Assembly (NCBI GenBank): GCA_963702665.1
Contig: CAVPDP010000016.1
Coordinates: 735 to 64,734 of the forward strand
Length of the DNA: 64,000 bases
Direction of reading: 5' to 3'
Origin: an uncultured Chloroflexia bacterium
Lineage (GTDB): Bacteria > Chloroflexota > Ktedonobacteria > Ktedonobacterales > JADMIN01
In this document: positions 20,783 to 32,564 of the stretch, piece after piece
Layout: each line of letters opens with the position of its first letter
Numbering within the stretch: the stretch's first letter is position 1
Position numbers and translations under genes: made by a program
Notes under the pieces: model-generated
The model's database searches: none
What the model was told of the DNA's origin: nothing
What the model saw: the letters and a program-made list of their open reading frames with translations, nothing else

Positions 20783-22205
20783 ATGAGCATTGGCCTGATG
20801 CGCCATCCGCGAGTGAGGCAGGCGCGGGCGTGGATCGTGCGCGACTGGCGCGGCCCGCGCTATCTCGTCTGGGGTGGCGCGCTGCTGGCGCTGACCTCGC
20901 TGGTGACGATTTTCTACTACGCCAATGCGCCCTACCCCGGCATCGACCCCGATACCCCCGCCTATCTCAGCCAGGCTGGCCACATTCTCGATGCGGGGCG
21001 CTTTGTCGATCCGGCGCGGCTGCCGGGCTATCCCACCATGATCGCGCTGCTGTTTCTGGTGACGGGACGTGGCAACCTCGACGCCATCAGTGTGGCGCAG
21101 GGCGTGCTCTACGTGCTGGCGACGCTCGAACTCTACGCCGCGCTCTGCCTCGTGTTGCGGCGGGCGTGGGTCGCCGCGCTCATCGTCGCGCCCGTCGCGC
21201 TGAATACGCATCTGCTCTCGTACATGCGCCCGGTGCTTTCGGAGGGGCTGGCGCTCTTGCTGGTGGCGACGCTGGCGCTGGCCCTCGTCGTCGCCCTGCG
21301 CTGGCCCGGCCCGCGCGCGCTCTGGGGCGTGACACTGGCGCTCTTGGCGCTCTTTCTGACGCGGCCAGAGTGGATGTATCTGCCGCTACCACTGTTCGCC
21401 TGCCTGCTGATCCTGGCGGCGCGGCGCGGACTCTTGCGGCGGCTGCTGCCCACGGCGGCTCTCGCGCTCGGCGTGCTCTATGGGACGCTCGGCGGATACG
21501 TCGTGCTCAATCGCGTCCAGAACGACTGCGCCTGTGTCACCTACATCTCGAATGTCAATCTGCTGGGCAAGGTGATGCAGTATCGCATGGAGGGCGAGGC
21601 GCCACCCCAATATGACGACGTGACACGGCTGGTGGAGGCCCATCTGGCGCGCGGCGACGACGACCCCTGGAACGTCATCCGCGAGGACTATCCGCCGCTG
21701 AAACGCGACTATTACGCGCTGGCAGGCGACTATAGCCTCGCCATCATCCGCGCCCATCCCGTCGAGTTCGTGGCGAAGTCTGGCCCGGTCGCCATCTCCG
21801 CGCTGACGACGGTGAACCCCTTCCGGCCCAATCGATCCCCACGGCCCATTCGCGCCGCTCTTGCTGGCGATCAACGCGGGCATCGAGGCGCTGATGCGCA
21901 ATGGGCTGCGCTTCTTCCCGCTGATCGGGGCGGGCTGGCTGCTCTGGATGCTCTGGTGGCGGCGCAAGCCATCATTGCTGGTTGAGGCGATGGGTCTCTT
22001 CGCGCTGCTCGGCGGCTATGGCCTGGCGCTGACGGTCTTTGGTGGCTACGTCTACTTTGCGCGGTTGCGTGTCCCCTACGCGCCCCTGCTGCTCATCGTC
22101 GTCTGGGGCAGCGCGGTGCTGGCCGCGCTCTGGCTCGGTGGCCGCGCGCTCGCCTGGTGGCGCGGACGACGCGAGGAAATAGCGACATCTGCGGCGACTA
22201 TGTAA
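20783..22205 (+). CDS. Polytopic membrane protein, GT-C/PMT-like glycosyltransferase (frameshift near 21840)
   Basis: PDTPAY, RLPGYP, LSEGL and LTRPE motifs; many TM segments. Confidence 0.7.
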
Positions 22206-22286
22206 CGAGTAAACAGTCAGCCTTTTGAGCGTCGCAGAGAACATCGGCCACTGTTTCTGATATACGGAGAACAGGCGATATTGAAC

Positions 22287-22670
22287 ATGCTACGCCGGAT
22301 AAATCTGCTGACACTGGTTTTGTTGGCGTTTACGCTGCTTGCAGGCTGTGGGAGCGTCCCTACGAGCAGCAGAGCGACATCATCCCCGTCTCCGCACACC
22401 TCGGCGACGGTCACATCCCAGCCGCCGATGCCCACGGCACTGCAGATTGTGCGGCTCGCGCCTCATCAGGATCAGGTCGCCCCATTTTCAGCTCAAACGG
22501 AGGACGCGGCGAAGGTGCAGCGCCTCTTTGCGACCTTGCGTGCGCTGCCGCCATTCATTTTGACTCCCTGGTGCCCCAATGATCGGGGAGGAGGATACCT
22601 CCTCTCCTTTCTCGATCATGGCCGTATCGTCGTCCAGGCAGTTATCGGGCAGGAGGGTGTCCCAAGGTAG
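22287..22670 (+). CDS. Putative lipoprotein (3' end uncertain)
   Basis: Lipobox LLAGC; Ser/Thr linker. Confidence 0.6.
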   Translation: MLRRINLLTLVLLAFTLLAGCGSVPTSSRATSSPSPHTSATVTSQPPMPTALQIVRLAPHQDQVAPFSAQTEDAAKVQRLFATLRALPPFILTPWCPNDRGGGYLLSFLDHGRIVVQAVIGQEGVPR

Positions 22671-22796
22671 GAATGTCCGACCCCTATGGCTGTCACACGC
22701 CGACTGATGCGACGATGGGGCAAATTGCTGACACGCTTGGTGTGCCCCTTGCAAGAGCTGGAAACGTTCTATGACACGGCGACTCCGGGTAGCCAG

Positions 22797-24795
22797 TTAG
22801 CGCCCGAAGATCCAGGCGTTCCACTTGCTACCTTCTACACCCTGCGTGAGCCACGGTGTGAGAATGCAGCTCTGAATCCTGTCACCTTGCTCATCTGCCA
22901 TATCATCCGTCACATCGTCGAGCGGCAGGCCGACCATCTCCATCAGCTTGAGCGCGTTGGTCGAGGTGGCGACGCCGGAGCGCAGGTGATAATCGAACGA
23001 CATCGCTGGCCCCGCTGGCCCACGGGTGAACGTCTCGGTGAAGTGAACGGCGTCGCGGGCTGCCGTCAGATCGGGCGTCTCGCTGACGCTCAGGTCATGG
23101 GTGGAGACGGCTCCGGTCGCGCCGTAGCGCAGCAGCGTGCGGATGATCTGGCGCGCGGCAATCTGGCGCTCGCTGGTGTTGGTGCCGTGCAGAATCTCAT
23201 CCAGCAGGAAGAGCGCCTCGCGTTCGCCCGTCGCTGCCGTCGTATGCGCAGTCTCCACCACCTCGCGCAGACGGCGTAGCTCCGCCATGAAGTACGAGAC
23301 GCCGTATTCCAGCGAGTCCTGCACGCGGATGCTGGTCGCCAGCGTCAGTGGCATCAGCCGCATCTCCTCCGCGCAGACCGGCCCGCCCGCCTGCGCCAGC
23401 ACGACATTCACGCCGATGGCGCGCAGCAGCGTGCTCTTGCCCGACATGTTCGAGCCGGTGACAAAGAGGAAGCGTCCCACCGGCCCAATGGTGACATCGT
23501 TGCCGACACAGACCGCTGGCGGCAACAGCGGATGCCCCAGGGCGCGTCGCGCTCAGGGCTGGCTCGTCGGCTGACTTCGCGATGATCTCCGGAAACGCCC
23601 AGGTCGGGTTATCCGCCGCCAGCGTCGCCAGCGCCGAAAGCGCCTCTAGCTCGCTCAGCGTCTCCAGCCAGACGCGCACGCGCCGCCCCGCCGTCTGCTG
23701 CCAGCCTTCGAGCAGCCAGAGCGTGTGGAAGTTCCACAGCAGAAACGCCTGAATGATCGGGAAGAACATCGAGAGGCGCAGGTCGCCAAATTGCAGAATA
23801 CGCCCCAGGCGGCGCATCTGTTCGTCGGCGTTGAGTTGCTCCGCCGCCAGATCGCGCTGCACCCGCCGCAGCCGCTCCGCCGCAAATGGCTGTTGCGCGA
23901 CCTGTGTGAAGATGCCCTCGTATGGTTGAAATACCGCCTGGCGGTCAGAGACCTGGTCGATCAGTTCCTCGATCTGCTTGCCAGAGCTTGCGGTGAAAAT
24001 GATGCTGGCCGCCAGGGCAAGCAGCCAGAGGGGCAGCCGCACGATGCCCGCCAGATTCAGCACGCCCAGCCCCACCGTCAGCACGGGCAGTATCCGGCTG
24101 ATCCAGATGAGGGTGGGGCGCTTGCTCAGCCACGGCTCCTGCTCGGCCCATTCCAGAAAGCGGTGATAGGCGACGGGCGACATGCCAGAGAGGCGGCCAA
24201 AGAGCGTCAGTTCGTCGCGGAAGTCCACGATCTCGGCCAATTCAGCCACCGCCTCCTGGCGTTCGCGAATCTCTTCGGGCGCGGCGGGCGCGAGCAGCCA
24301 CCCGGTCAGGCGTTGCTGCGCGGCGGGGGTGTTGGCGGTGTTGAGCAGGTGTTGCAGCGAGGCGTGCCCCAGCAGGTCGAGGTCGCCCGCAAATGCTGGG
24401 ATAGGCGCGGGCGGCTCCGGCGGCTCGCGCAGCGGCATCGCGGGCCAGTCGCGCTCCAGTCGGCGCAGCCCCTCGTCATTAATCTCCGCCAGCGTCTTGA
24501 AGCGGCGGTAGCGTGCATCGAGCCGCCCCTGGCGCACGAAGAAGTAGCCGCAGGCAACCCAGACGAGCGCCGCCGGAATGAGCAATAGCATCGATTGCGC
24601 GCCGATGGCGAAGACGATGAACACCGCTGGCGCAAAGAACAGCAGCACGGTCAGATTGGCGGCCAGCATCCGCTGGCGCTGGTATTCATCGCGCTGGTGG
24701 GCGAATACGTCGTGGCGGGCGATATATATGTTGGCGGGCGTGTCGGCGCCCAGCATCGGCGTGGCGTCTTCCGGTGATGTGGTTGATGATTGCAC
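22797..24795 (-). CDS. MutS domain V family membrane-associated protein (frameshift near 23545)
   Basis: TGSNMSGKSTLLR, SYFMAEL, LDEILHGTN and STHD; N-terminal TM segments; no mismatch-recognition domain. Confidence 0.88.
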
Positions 24796-25033
24796 CAAGG
24801 CGCTGCTCCTGACCATGAAAGGCGTGAGTTCTCTCAAGAGGATTATAGCGGTTATCATCATGGTAGGAGACGATTCGGGCTATCGTCGTTCGCTCTGGCG
24901 CAACGTGCGCGCGAGGCGCTCCCTTTGTGAATATCCGTCTCACAGCAGGACACGCTATGATATACTCGCGATACTCATGGCACATTGTCGCCAGCTATAC
25001 CAGCTACAGCAGCGCCTCGGTGGAGGGGGAGGA

Positions 25034-25603
25034 ATGCTTAATTTCACGACCGATATCTCGATCAGCCAGATTATCAGCGCATGCCTTGTGCTGGCGGCGG
25101 TGGGAGGAATCATGCTAACGCTCCGGCAAATGCGTAGCAATTTTAAGATGCAGAAGGCGACCTTCTTCAAAGAACTCTATTCGACGATGTTCGCCGATTC
25201 TGAGGTGCGTAGCGCACTCTACATGATCGAATACAATCGCTTCGTCTATAGCGAGCAATTCCACGGCTCGACCGACGAAAACATTGTCGACCGCCTGCTC
25301 AGTTTCGCCGATCTCGTCTGCGACCTCTACGCCCAGGACATCCTCACCAATCATGAGATGGATTTCTTCAAGTACGAATTTTACCGGATTTACAAGAATC
25401 CCAATGTGCAGCGCTATCTCGATTTTCTCAAGGAGCGCTACAGCGATACCGGCCACGCGATAGAGCCGTTTCCGGCGTTCGTCGCCTATTGCGAGACCGA
25501 ACTGCGCAAGCGCGGCCAGTCGGGCATCCGCCTGCTTGGCGTCCTGCGTAATCTGCGTTTCGACTTGAAGACAGTCGCGGCCCTCGGGCGGCGGCGGCCA
25601 TAG
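25034..25603 (+). CDS. Hypothetical protein with N-terminal TM (DUF4760-like)
   Basis: GGAGG RBS; TM helix followed by a helical domain; lower GC. Confidence 0.65.
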   Translation: MLNFTTDISISQIISACLVLAAVGGIMLTLRQMRSNFKMQKATFFKELYSTMFADSEVRSALYMIEYNRFVYSEQFHGSTDENIVDRLLSFADLVCDLYAQDILTNHEMDFFKYEFYRIYKNPNVQRYLDFLKERYSDTGHAIEPFPAFVAYCETELRKRGQSGIRLLGVLRNLRFDLKTVAALGRRRP

Positions 25604-25611
25604 CGCCCACT

Positions 25612-26487
25612 ATGTCCATGTCGTCCATGTCCAGCACACCCGGTACGCCTATCGCGCTCTCCCACGTGCAGGTCGAGCCATTGCTGCGCGCGCGGAAAGC
25701 GGGCGCAGACGCGGCCACCACCTCAGCCGACCTGGGCCGCTCGCAGATACCGGTGACGCTCGACGATGACGGGGTTCTCTATCCCGGCGGCGAGCGCCTG
25801 CGCTGGGAGGATGCGGCGCGCATCGTGAAGAGTCGCTCGGTCTGCTTTACGCTGAGCGGCGGCGAGATCGACGAGATTCGCGTCTTCTCGCAGGCGACCA
25901 ACTGGGTGCGCAGCCTCTACCCCACGCGGTCGGCGCCGACGATGCTGGTCTCGGGCGTGCCGATGCACCGCATCAAAGATACCGATCCGTGGCAGGATAC
26001 GCTGACGAAGGTGAAGACGATAGCGCCGCTGACGGGGCGCGTGCTGGATACCGCGACGGGCCTCGGCTATACGGCGATTGTGGCGTCGGCGACCGCCGCC
26101 GAGGTCGTGACCATCGAACTCGACCCCGCCGGGCTGGAGATCGCGCGGCGGAATCCGTGGTCGCGGGAACTCTTCGAGCGGCCAAACATCCAGCAGCTGA
26201 TCGGCGACGCCGCCGATATCCTGCCGACGCTCGCCGATGCCTCGTTCGCGCGCATCATCCATGATCCGCCGCAGCTAAGCCTGGCGGGCCATCTCTACTC
26301 AGCGGAGTTCTATCGCGAGTTGCGGCGCGTGCTGGCGCGCGGTGGCCGCCTCTTCCACTACATCGGCGACCCCAATAGCCCCTTTGGCCGTGGCGCCACC
26401 AGCGGCGTGATGCGCCGCCTGCACGATGCTGGCTTCGCGCGTGTGGTGCGTCGGCCCGAGGCGTTCGGCGTCGCGGCGTATGTGTGA
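25612..26487 (+). CDS. SAM-dependent methyltransferase (COG2521-like)
   Basis: [18 protein letters not shown] and LFHYIG. Confidence 0.85.
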   Translation: MSMSSMSSTPGTPIALSHVQVEPLLRARKAGADAATTSADLGRSQIPVTLDDDGVLYPGGERLRWEDAARIVKSRSVCFTLSGGEIDEIRVFSQATNWVRSLYPTRSAPTMLVSGVPMHRIKDTDPWQDTLTKVKTIAPLTGRVLDTATGLGYTAIVASATAAEVVTIELDPAGLEIARRNPWSRELFERPNIQQLIGDAADILPTLADASFARIIHDPPQLSLAGHLYSAEFYRELRRVLARGGRLFHYIGDPNSPFGRGATSGVMRRLHDAGFARVVRRPEAFGVAAYV

Positions 26488-26527
26488 CCACACTCTGCCT
26501 TATAGCGGAGATAGTCACACAAGCCCT

Positions 26528-26566
26528 GGCTCCCCTCCCTTTTAGGGGAGGGGCTGGGGGAGAGGG
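26528..26566. repeat. REP family 2 (reverse orientation)
   Basis: CTCCCCTCCCTTTTAGGGGAGGGGCTGGGGGAGAGG. Confidence 0.7.
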
Positions 26567-26688
26567 CGGCCAGCGCCAACAGCGGCCTAGCCGTTCAGGT
26601 ATGCATGCTTCCGAATTTGAGACTACCCCAGGAAATGTACTCTGCGACGTTTCTCTACTGCGCGTAAGATCGGGAAAGGAGCGAGCAC

Positions 26689-27567
26689 GTGGACACATCT
26701 GAGCTAGATGATCTGTGGGACTATAGCGACCCTGCCGCGTCGGAGGCGCGCTTCCGCCAACGGCTGAGCGAACTGAGTACAGAGGCCGATCCCGCGCAGC
26801 TCGCAGAGACGCAGACGCAGCTTGCCCGGTCGCAGGGCCTCCAGCGCCATTTCGACGAGGCGCATGCCACCCTCGATCAGGTCGAGACGCGACTGACGGA
26901 CATGCCTGCGCGCGTCCAAATCCGCTACGCGCTGGAACGCGGGCGGGTGTTCAACTCGTCGGGCCAGCCCGAGCGCTCCGTGCCGCTGTTTGAGTCTGCC
27001 TGGGAGCGGGCGCGTGCGGTGGGTGAGGACGGTCTTGCGGTCGATGCGGCGCACATGCTCGGCATCGCCGAGCCGGGCGAGCAAGGCATGGCCTGGAACC
27101 TGAAGGCGCTGGAGCTGGCGCGTACATCAGAACAGCCGACCGCGATCCGCTGGCAGGGTCCGCTCTACAACAATATCGGCTGGAGCTACTTCGACGCCGG
27201 GCGGTACGACGACGCGCTCGGCATGTTCGAGCAGGCGTTGGCGTGGCAGCAGGCCAATGGCCCCGAAAAGGAGATTCGCATCGCCCGCTGGTGCATCGCG
27301 CGAGATGTGCGGGCGCTCGGGCGGATCGAGGAGGCGCTTGCCATGCAGCAGGCGCTCTTTGCCGAGTACCAGCAATCCCTCGATGAGGACGGCTACGTCT
27401 CCGAAGAGCTAGGCGAATGCCTACTGGCACTGGGGCGCCCAGCCGAAGCCCGCCCTCACTTCCAGCGCGCCTATGCGCTGCTCTCCCAGGATCTCTGGCT
27501 CCCCGAAAGTGAGCCGGACCGCCTCGCCCGCCTGCGGCAACTCAGCTCCGAGGGCGAAGCATCCTAA
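26689..27567 (+). CDS. Tetratricopeptide repeat protein
   Basis: LYNNIGWSYFDAGRYDDAL and other TPR-like helices. Confidence 0.85.
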   Translation: MDTSELDDLWDYSDPAASEARFRQRLSELSTEADPAQLAETQTQLARSQGLQRHFDEAHATLDQVETRLTDMPARVQIRYALERGRVFNSSGQPERSVPLFESAWERARAVGEDGLAVDAAHMLGIAEPGEQGMAWNLKALELARTSEQPTAIRWQGPLYNNIGWSYFDAGRYDDALGMFEQALAWQQANGPEKEIRIARWCIARDVRALGRIEEALAMQQALFAEYQQSLDEDGYVSEELGECLLALGRPAEARPHFQRAYALLSQDLWLPESEPDRLARLRQLSSEGEAS

Positions 27568-27683
27568 CGCGACAAAGCTGTTGAATGGCTTGTTCACCGC
27601 GTCGACAAACCGGCGGCGCGCCTGCTCGTCTTGGCTCACATCGGCGAAGTCGGATTATCAGGCGCTTCGCCCGCGCTTCTTCA

Positions 27684-28032
27684 TCACCGGCTGAAGTTGA
27701 AGGCGAGATTGACGCCGACAATCATCGCGCAGGCCACGATGATGCCGACAAGCCCTGCCTCGCCACCTGCGATAGCCACAATCGGGATGCCGAAAATCAG
27801 CGAGCAGATCGCCAGCGCCAGTGAATTGTTCTGAGCTTTTGCTCTTGACCACCTGCCTTTGCTGCGTCTGCTGCACCTGTCGGTTGAGCTTCTCGACCAG
27901 CGCATCGAGAAAGTGGTCATCGTAGTCGGGGCCAAGCTCGCGCCGCGCTTCGAGGCTCGCCTGAAGGTCGCGCCTGACGTCTTCCTGTGTTGCTCGCGCC
28001 GCCTGTGGCGACTGCTGGGATTGCGGAGTCAT
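27684..28032 (-). CDS. Small membrane protein (frameshift near 27830)
   Basis: ARRELGPDYD N-terminus joined to a 2-TM C-terminus in the shifted frame. Confidence 0.7.
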
Positions 28033-28108
28033 CGTGACCGCCGTCCTTTCGCTCGCTATCGGTCGTCTCTGGGAATCTGTAGAATATACGTTACGCCGTA
28101 ACGGCGGG

Positions 28109-28614
28109 TTAACAGCTACCTCTCACGACGCGCATGGCTGGCGGAACATTACGGACTGCGCTAGGGGTGAGCGCCTCGCTGTGTTCCTGGCAGTGCTCGA
28201 TGACGCTCTTCGTGCGCTCGTAGACATATTCCCCAGGCTGAAAGAATGTGTCGTCCAGCGTGTTGAGCCACGCGAGATTCTGCTGGTACGTCTGGCGCAG
28301 CAGGGCGCAGATGGCGGCCAGCGGCTGATCGCCCACCAGCGCGACAAACGCCCCATTGATCGCGTCGTTCATCACGTCGTCCTGGGCAGGATCCCCAAAC
28401 TCGATGGGCGCCATTCCACCAGCGATGGCGGGAACGCGCACCGATGCAATCATTTCCCAGCCTGCCAGATGGGTAATGATCTCGCGTGGCCCCCATCCAT
28501 CCTGGTTGGAGGTCACGCCGCGTTGCGCCGCAGTGGTGGCCGCCGCGATGATACCCTCATAGGCATCGGCAAACTCGCGCAGCAGTTGCTCTTTGGTCAG
28601 AGTCCTTCTGACAT
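28109..28614 (-). CDS. DinB/ClbS-like four-helix-bundle protein (frameshift near the start)
   Basis: WGPREIITHLAGWE and EHCQEH. Confidence 0.75.
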
Positions 28615-28638
28615 GGCGTTCTCCTCATGGCCGTATTT

Positions 28639-29025
28639 TCACGACACCTGAACGATCTGTATCAGATTGCCGCAGGTATCGTCGAGGATGGCAATGGTCG
28701 TTGGCCCCATGCTCGTCGGCTCCATCGTGAACCGCACGCCCAGCGTTTTCAGCCGCTCGAATTCGGCCTGGATATCCTCGACGATGAACGTCGCCACCGG
28801 GATCCCCTGCTGAAAAACCGACTGCTGAAAGGCTAAGGCCGCTGGATTGTCATTCGGCTCCAGCAGTAGCTCGGCGGCATCTGGCTCTTCGGGCGAGACC
28901 ACCGTCAGCCACTTGAACTGCCCGACAGGAAAATCCTGCTTCTTCACGAAGCCCAGCACGTCTGTATAGAATTTCAGCGCCTTCTCCTGATCGTCCACGA
29001 AGACACTGGTGAGCTTGATCTTCAT
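28639..29025 (-). CDS. VOC (glyoxalase) family protein
   Basis: VDDQEKALKFYTDVLGF and DDTCGNLIQI. Confidence 0.92.
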   Translation of the reverse strand: MKIKLTSVFVDDQEKALKFYTDVLGFVKKQDFPVGQFKWLTVVSPEEPDAAELLLEPNDNPAALAFQQSVFQQGIPVATFIVEDIQAEFERLKTLGVRFTMEPTSMGPTTIAILDDTCGNLIQIVQVS

Positions 29026-29035
29026 GCGTCGCCTC

Positions 29036-29461
29036 CTAATTCGCTGGCGCCTCAGGCATCTCAGCCGGTTGCAGCAGGCTGAACGAGTTGCCATACAAAT
29101 CCTGGAAGACCGCCTCGACGCCATACGGCTGATCCTGCGGCGGGCTGCTAAACGTCACGCCGCGCCCCTTCAGCGTCTCATAGTCGGCGCGGCAGTCGTC
29201 GGTGGCGAAGACCCAGGTCGTCCCCTGGCCGACGCGCTCACCGATCTTCTGGGCGAACTCCTCGCCGTGCATCGCTGGCACTGGCTCCTGCAAGACGATC
29301 TCGATGTCGGATTGGCCGACGGGTGCGACGGTCAGCCAGCGCGCGCCGGGGCCGAACACGACATCTGCGCGCACCTCCAGGCCGAGCGCCTCCGTGTAGA
29401 ACTTCAGCGCCTCATCCTGATTGCGAACGTAGATGGTGACACGGGCGAGACGGGTAATCAT
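29036..29461 (-). CDS. VOC (glyoxalase) family protein
   Basis: VRNQDEALKFYTEALG and FQDLYGN. Confidence 0.92.
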   Translation of the reverse strand: MITRLARVTIYVRNQDEALKFYTEALGLEVRADVVFGPGARWLTVAPVGQSDIEIVLQEPVPAMHGEEFAQKIGERVGQGTTWVFATDDCRADYETLKGRGVTFSSPPQDQPYGVEAVFQDLYGNSFSLLQPAEMPEAPAN

Positions 29462-29542
29462 CCTCTGCTCCTTTGCTGTACATGACCAAACAATGCCAAT
29501 GTCACAGCTATTCCCGGAGCCAGACGGCAAAGCGGCAACGGC

Positions 29543-30284
29543 CTAGCGGTAGCCGCCGTAGATGGCGTGCCCGGCGTACATCCAGAAGCAGTCGGCCATC
29601 GCGAAACCCGCCGCGCGCAGCCAGACAAGCTGGTCGGCGAGTGGCGAGGGATGGTCTATCGGGTCTTCCTCGGTCAGTTCATAATAGTTCCACTCGGCGT
29701 CACGGAACGCCTGATAGAGGCTCAGGTCGCCCGCGAGCGCCAGGCTCTGCGTGTGCGCCGCCTCATTGCACTGCTCGGCGTAGAGCAGCCGCACACGGTC
29801 ACTGATCGGTTCGACCAGATCGGCCAGCAAGAGCGCGCCACCTGGCTCCAGTCGCCGCGCCACGTCGGCGAACATCTGCCGCTTGCCCTCATGCGTCAGG
29901 TGGTGGACGACCAGCGACGAAAGCACGCAGCGTAGCGGTGAGGGCAGCGCCTCGCGCCAGGCGCTATCGTCCAACTCGAAGGCGTCGATGGTCACACGGT
30001 CGCCGTAGGGGGCCAGCTGCCTCGCGCAACTGGTCGCGCATCACCTCCGAGCCGTCGAGCGCGTGATAGTGGCAGTTGGGGAAGGCGTCCAGCACGACGC
30101 GCGCCAGCAGGCCACCGCCCGCGCCGAGTTCCACCACGGTAAACGACTCATCGGGCTGGGCGGGGATGAGGGCGCAGAGCATCGCCATCTGCTGCTCGCG
30201 CATAGGCACGGCGACGGCGTCTAGCGTCAGAAATTTGGCGGATTCGGCCTCCGACCAATGTGCGGATGTCGTATCGTCTGCCAT
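29543..30284 (-). CDS. Class I SAM-dependent methyltransferase (frameshift near 30010)
   Basis: VVELGAGGG, SSLVVHHL and LEPGG. Confidence 0.85.
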
Positions 30285-30302
30285 GCGGCGGATCCTTTCA
30301 TG

Positions 30303-30593
30303 TCACAGCGTGCGCTCTTTCCAGTTCCACCACTTCAGCAGCGCCGGATCGTGCGGCTCGTCGGATGCGAAGTAGACGGCGCAGCGAAAGACATACAGCA
30401 CACAGCGATCGATATGCGCGCCACGTAACTCGCAAAGCGCGTCATAGAGCGCCTCCGGGTCGGCGTCACGCAGGTCGTCCACTCGTACGATGCCCAAATC
30501 GCGCAGATCCTGGGCGATGCTCTTGCCAACGCCCGGAATACGCAGCAGGTCGTCGCGTTCTGTGGCCTTGTTTGCCTTTGCCAGAGTGACCAT
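30303..30593 (-). CDS. Helix-hairpin-helix protein (Cdd1/pathogenicity locus family)
   Basis: IPGVGKSIAQDL, DRCVLYVFRCAVY and WWNWK. Confidence 0.85.
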   Translation of the reverse strand: MVTLAKANKATERDDLLRIPGVGKSIAQDLRDLGIVRVDDLRDADPEALYDALCELRGAHIDRCVLYVFRCAVYFASDEPHDPALLKWWNWKERTL

Positions 30594-30701
30594 CACACAC
30601 GCTCCCTTCCAGAGGATATCGCGAACCATAATGCTATGGGGGTCAGAAATCCCACTGGAAGGCATTCTCTGCGCGTCTCACAAAACTGGATAATACCGCC
30701 C

Positions 30702-31346
30702 TCAGATGACCGGGTAGCCCTGACGCCAGCGATAGACGCACCAGCCGATGACCACCAGCGAGACGACGACGACAACCACCTTCTCGACCCACGTGCCCGA
30801 CTTGAAGCGCCACTTGTGATTCGGCGGGAAGCCAAAGCGCGCATGCGAGGGCCAGAGCCAGGGGACGCCGCCAATCGTCAGGCTATCGGCGACGAGATGG
30901 AGGAAGTAGCCCACGAGGAATCCAACGAACGCGACGCCTAACCCCTGCGCCACGTTGAAGCCAGGCGCGAAGCCGGTAAGTACGTCGCCGAGATGTCGTG
31001 TCGCGCTATCCGCGCCTGTTCTTTCCAGCGCCAGGCCAATGCCATACTGCGCGCCATAGATGATCGCCCCAATCACGATGAGTCCGATGATGCTATGGAA
31101 GAACCGCCGATGGCCCGCGAGGTGCTGGACGATGGGCGCGTGTTTGCCGACAGTGCTGTGGGCGTTATCGATGTCGGGGGCCAGCGCGCCCATCGCCGCG
31201 AAGCCGTAGAAAATGGCCTTCTGCGCGATCAGCGCCCCGGTGACGGCGGTCGAGCCGCCCAGGATGGCTGGCCCAGAGAGATGTAGAAAGCTGTCAATCG
31301 CGACCGCGCCCGCAACGCCGAAGACGACATGCGACGAACCATTCAA
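30702..31346 (-). CDS. Membrane metal-dependent hydrolase (YdjM family)
   Basis: SH, PDID, GHRRFFHS and HLVADSLT motifs. Confidence 0.85.
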   Translation of the reverse strand: MNGSSHVVFGVAGAVAIDSFLHLSGPAILGGSTAVTGALIAQKAIFYGFAAMGALAPDIDNAHSTVGKHAPIVQHLAGHRRFFHSIIGLIVIGAIIYGAQYGIGLALERTGADSATRHLGDVLTGFAPGFNVAQGLGVAFVGFLVGYFLHLVADSLTIGGVPWLWPSHARFGFPPNHKWRFKSGTWVEKVVVVVVSLVVIGWCVYRWRQGYPVI

Positions 31347-31394
31347 GGAGGCCTCCTCAAGATGCCCGGCCACGATGCCCGGCAGAATCACACG

Positions 31395-31718
31395 CTATTC
31401 TTGCTCGTCGGGATCGGCGACGAAAATGCGCCCGTCTTCTACCCGCACGCGATAGGCGCAGAGCGGCTCGCGCGCTGGTCCGCGTAACACCTGGCCGTCG
31501 CGCACATCGAACCGCGCCAGATGAATCGGACAGGTGAGCACGTGGCCATCCAGTTCGCCCTCGTCGAGCGGGCCGCCGGTATGCGTACAGTCATCATCCA
31601 CGGCGTAGATGACGCCATCCACATTGGCCAGACAGACGAGATGCGCGCCAACCTCCACGCGCAGCAGCTCGCCGGGCGCAATATCCTCCAGTCGCGCAAC
31701 CTCGTGAAATGCGATCAT
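31395..31718 (-). CDS. Rieske [2Fe-2S] ferredoxin
   Basis: CTH...CPIH ligands. Confidence 0.92.
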   Translation of the reverse strand: MIAFHEVARLEDIAPGELLRVEVGAHLVCLANVDGVIYAVDDDCTHTGGPLDEGELDGHVLTCPIHLARFDVRDGQVLRGPAREPLCAYRVRVEDGRIFVADPDEQE

Positions 31719-31854
31719 ACGTGCGGGCCTCCAGCCACGGATATCCACTGCGCCGCCCCATCAGGCTACCACAGGCAACCAAATGGCTCAACCACACGAC
31801 GCAAAGACCTCGGTCGCGCCTCATGCGCCGTCTCCGCTGGCCGACGCGCGCTTT

Positions 31855-32391
31855 TTAGTCGGCCTTCTCCGTCGCGGGCGCGTCGCGGAGCAGTGCGATG
31901 GCGTCGGTCAGCCAGCGGCGTTCGGTCTCCATGTGCAGCAGGATGCGCTCGATGGCCAGCCGCGCGCCCAGGTCGTATTCGTGTCGTGGCGCGCGCTCGT
32001 AGGATGCCCGCTGCCCCGCCAGGTCGGCCTGACGCTGCTCCAGCAGAGCGATGGCCTCGGTGGGTGGCAGGTGCGCGAGGAACATCAGGCCGATATCGCC
32101 GGGCGCCGAGAAGCGATCCGCGTGCGCCAGCGTTGTGCGCAGCAAATCCTCGAAGGCCTGCTCGCCCTTCGGCGTGATCGAATAGACCTTGCGCGGCGGA
32201 CGGTTGCCCTCCTGCTCGGTGCGCATTTGTACATACCCGTCGCGGCTGAGACGATCCAAAATGGCATAGGCGGTCGGCTTCTTCATATCGGTGACACGGC
32301 TGAGATTGCGTTCGATAAACTCGTTGATCTGATAGCCATGTTGGCTCTGCGCCCGCAAAATGCCGAGCAGCAGCAGTGCGCGCTCATCCAT
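31855..32391 (-). CDS. PadR family transcriptional regulator
   Basis: LLGIL...HGYQI and PRKVYSITPKG. Confidence 0.92.
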   Translation of the reverse strand: MDERALLLLGILRAQSQHGYQINEFIERNLSRVTDMKKPTAYAILDRLSRDGYVQMRTEQEGNRPPRKVYSITPKGEQAFEDLLRTTLAHADRFSAPGDIGLMFLAHLPPTEAIALLEQRQADLAGQRASYERAPRHEYDLGARLAIERILLHMETERRWLTDAIALLRDAPATEKAD

Positions 32392-32463
32392 GGAGGTCTC
32401 CCTTCGCAGAGCGAGTATCCACTACCGTATAGGATCAAAGTAGCATCCATTCCTTGCGGCGAT

Positions 32464-32532
32464 TAGTCACACTTGACTATTTGGCGCCGCCGTGCTATGT
32501 TTGTACTGTGATAGTCAGCATTGACTAGTCAA
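32464..32532. promoter_or_regulatory. Candidate PadR operators
   Basis: TAGTCA-N4-TGACTA at 32464-32479 and 32512-32527 in the divergent intergenic region. Confidence 0.7.
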
Positions 32533-32564
32533 TAGCAAATTAATCGTCTCTAAGGATACCATCT

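Noticed and set aside
22797-24795. Canonical mutS mismatch-repair gene
   Set aside because: It has only the ATPase-side domains plus TM helices; this is a known MutS-related family, so no gene symbol is given
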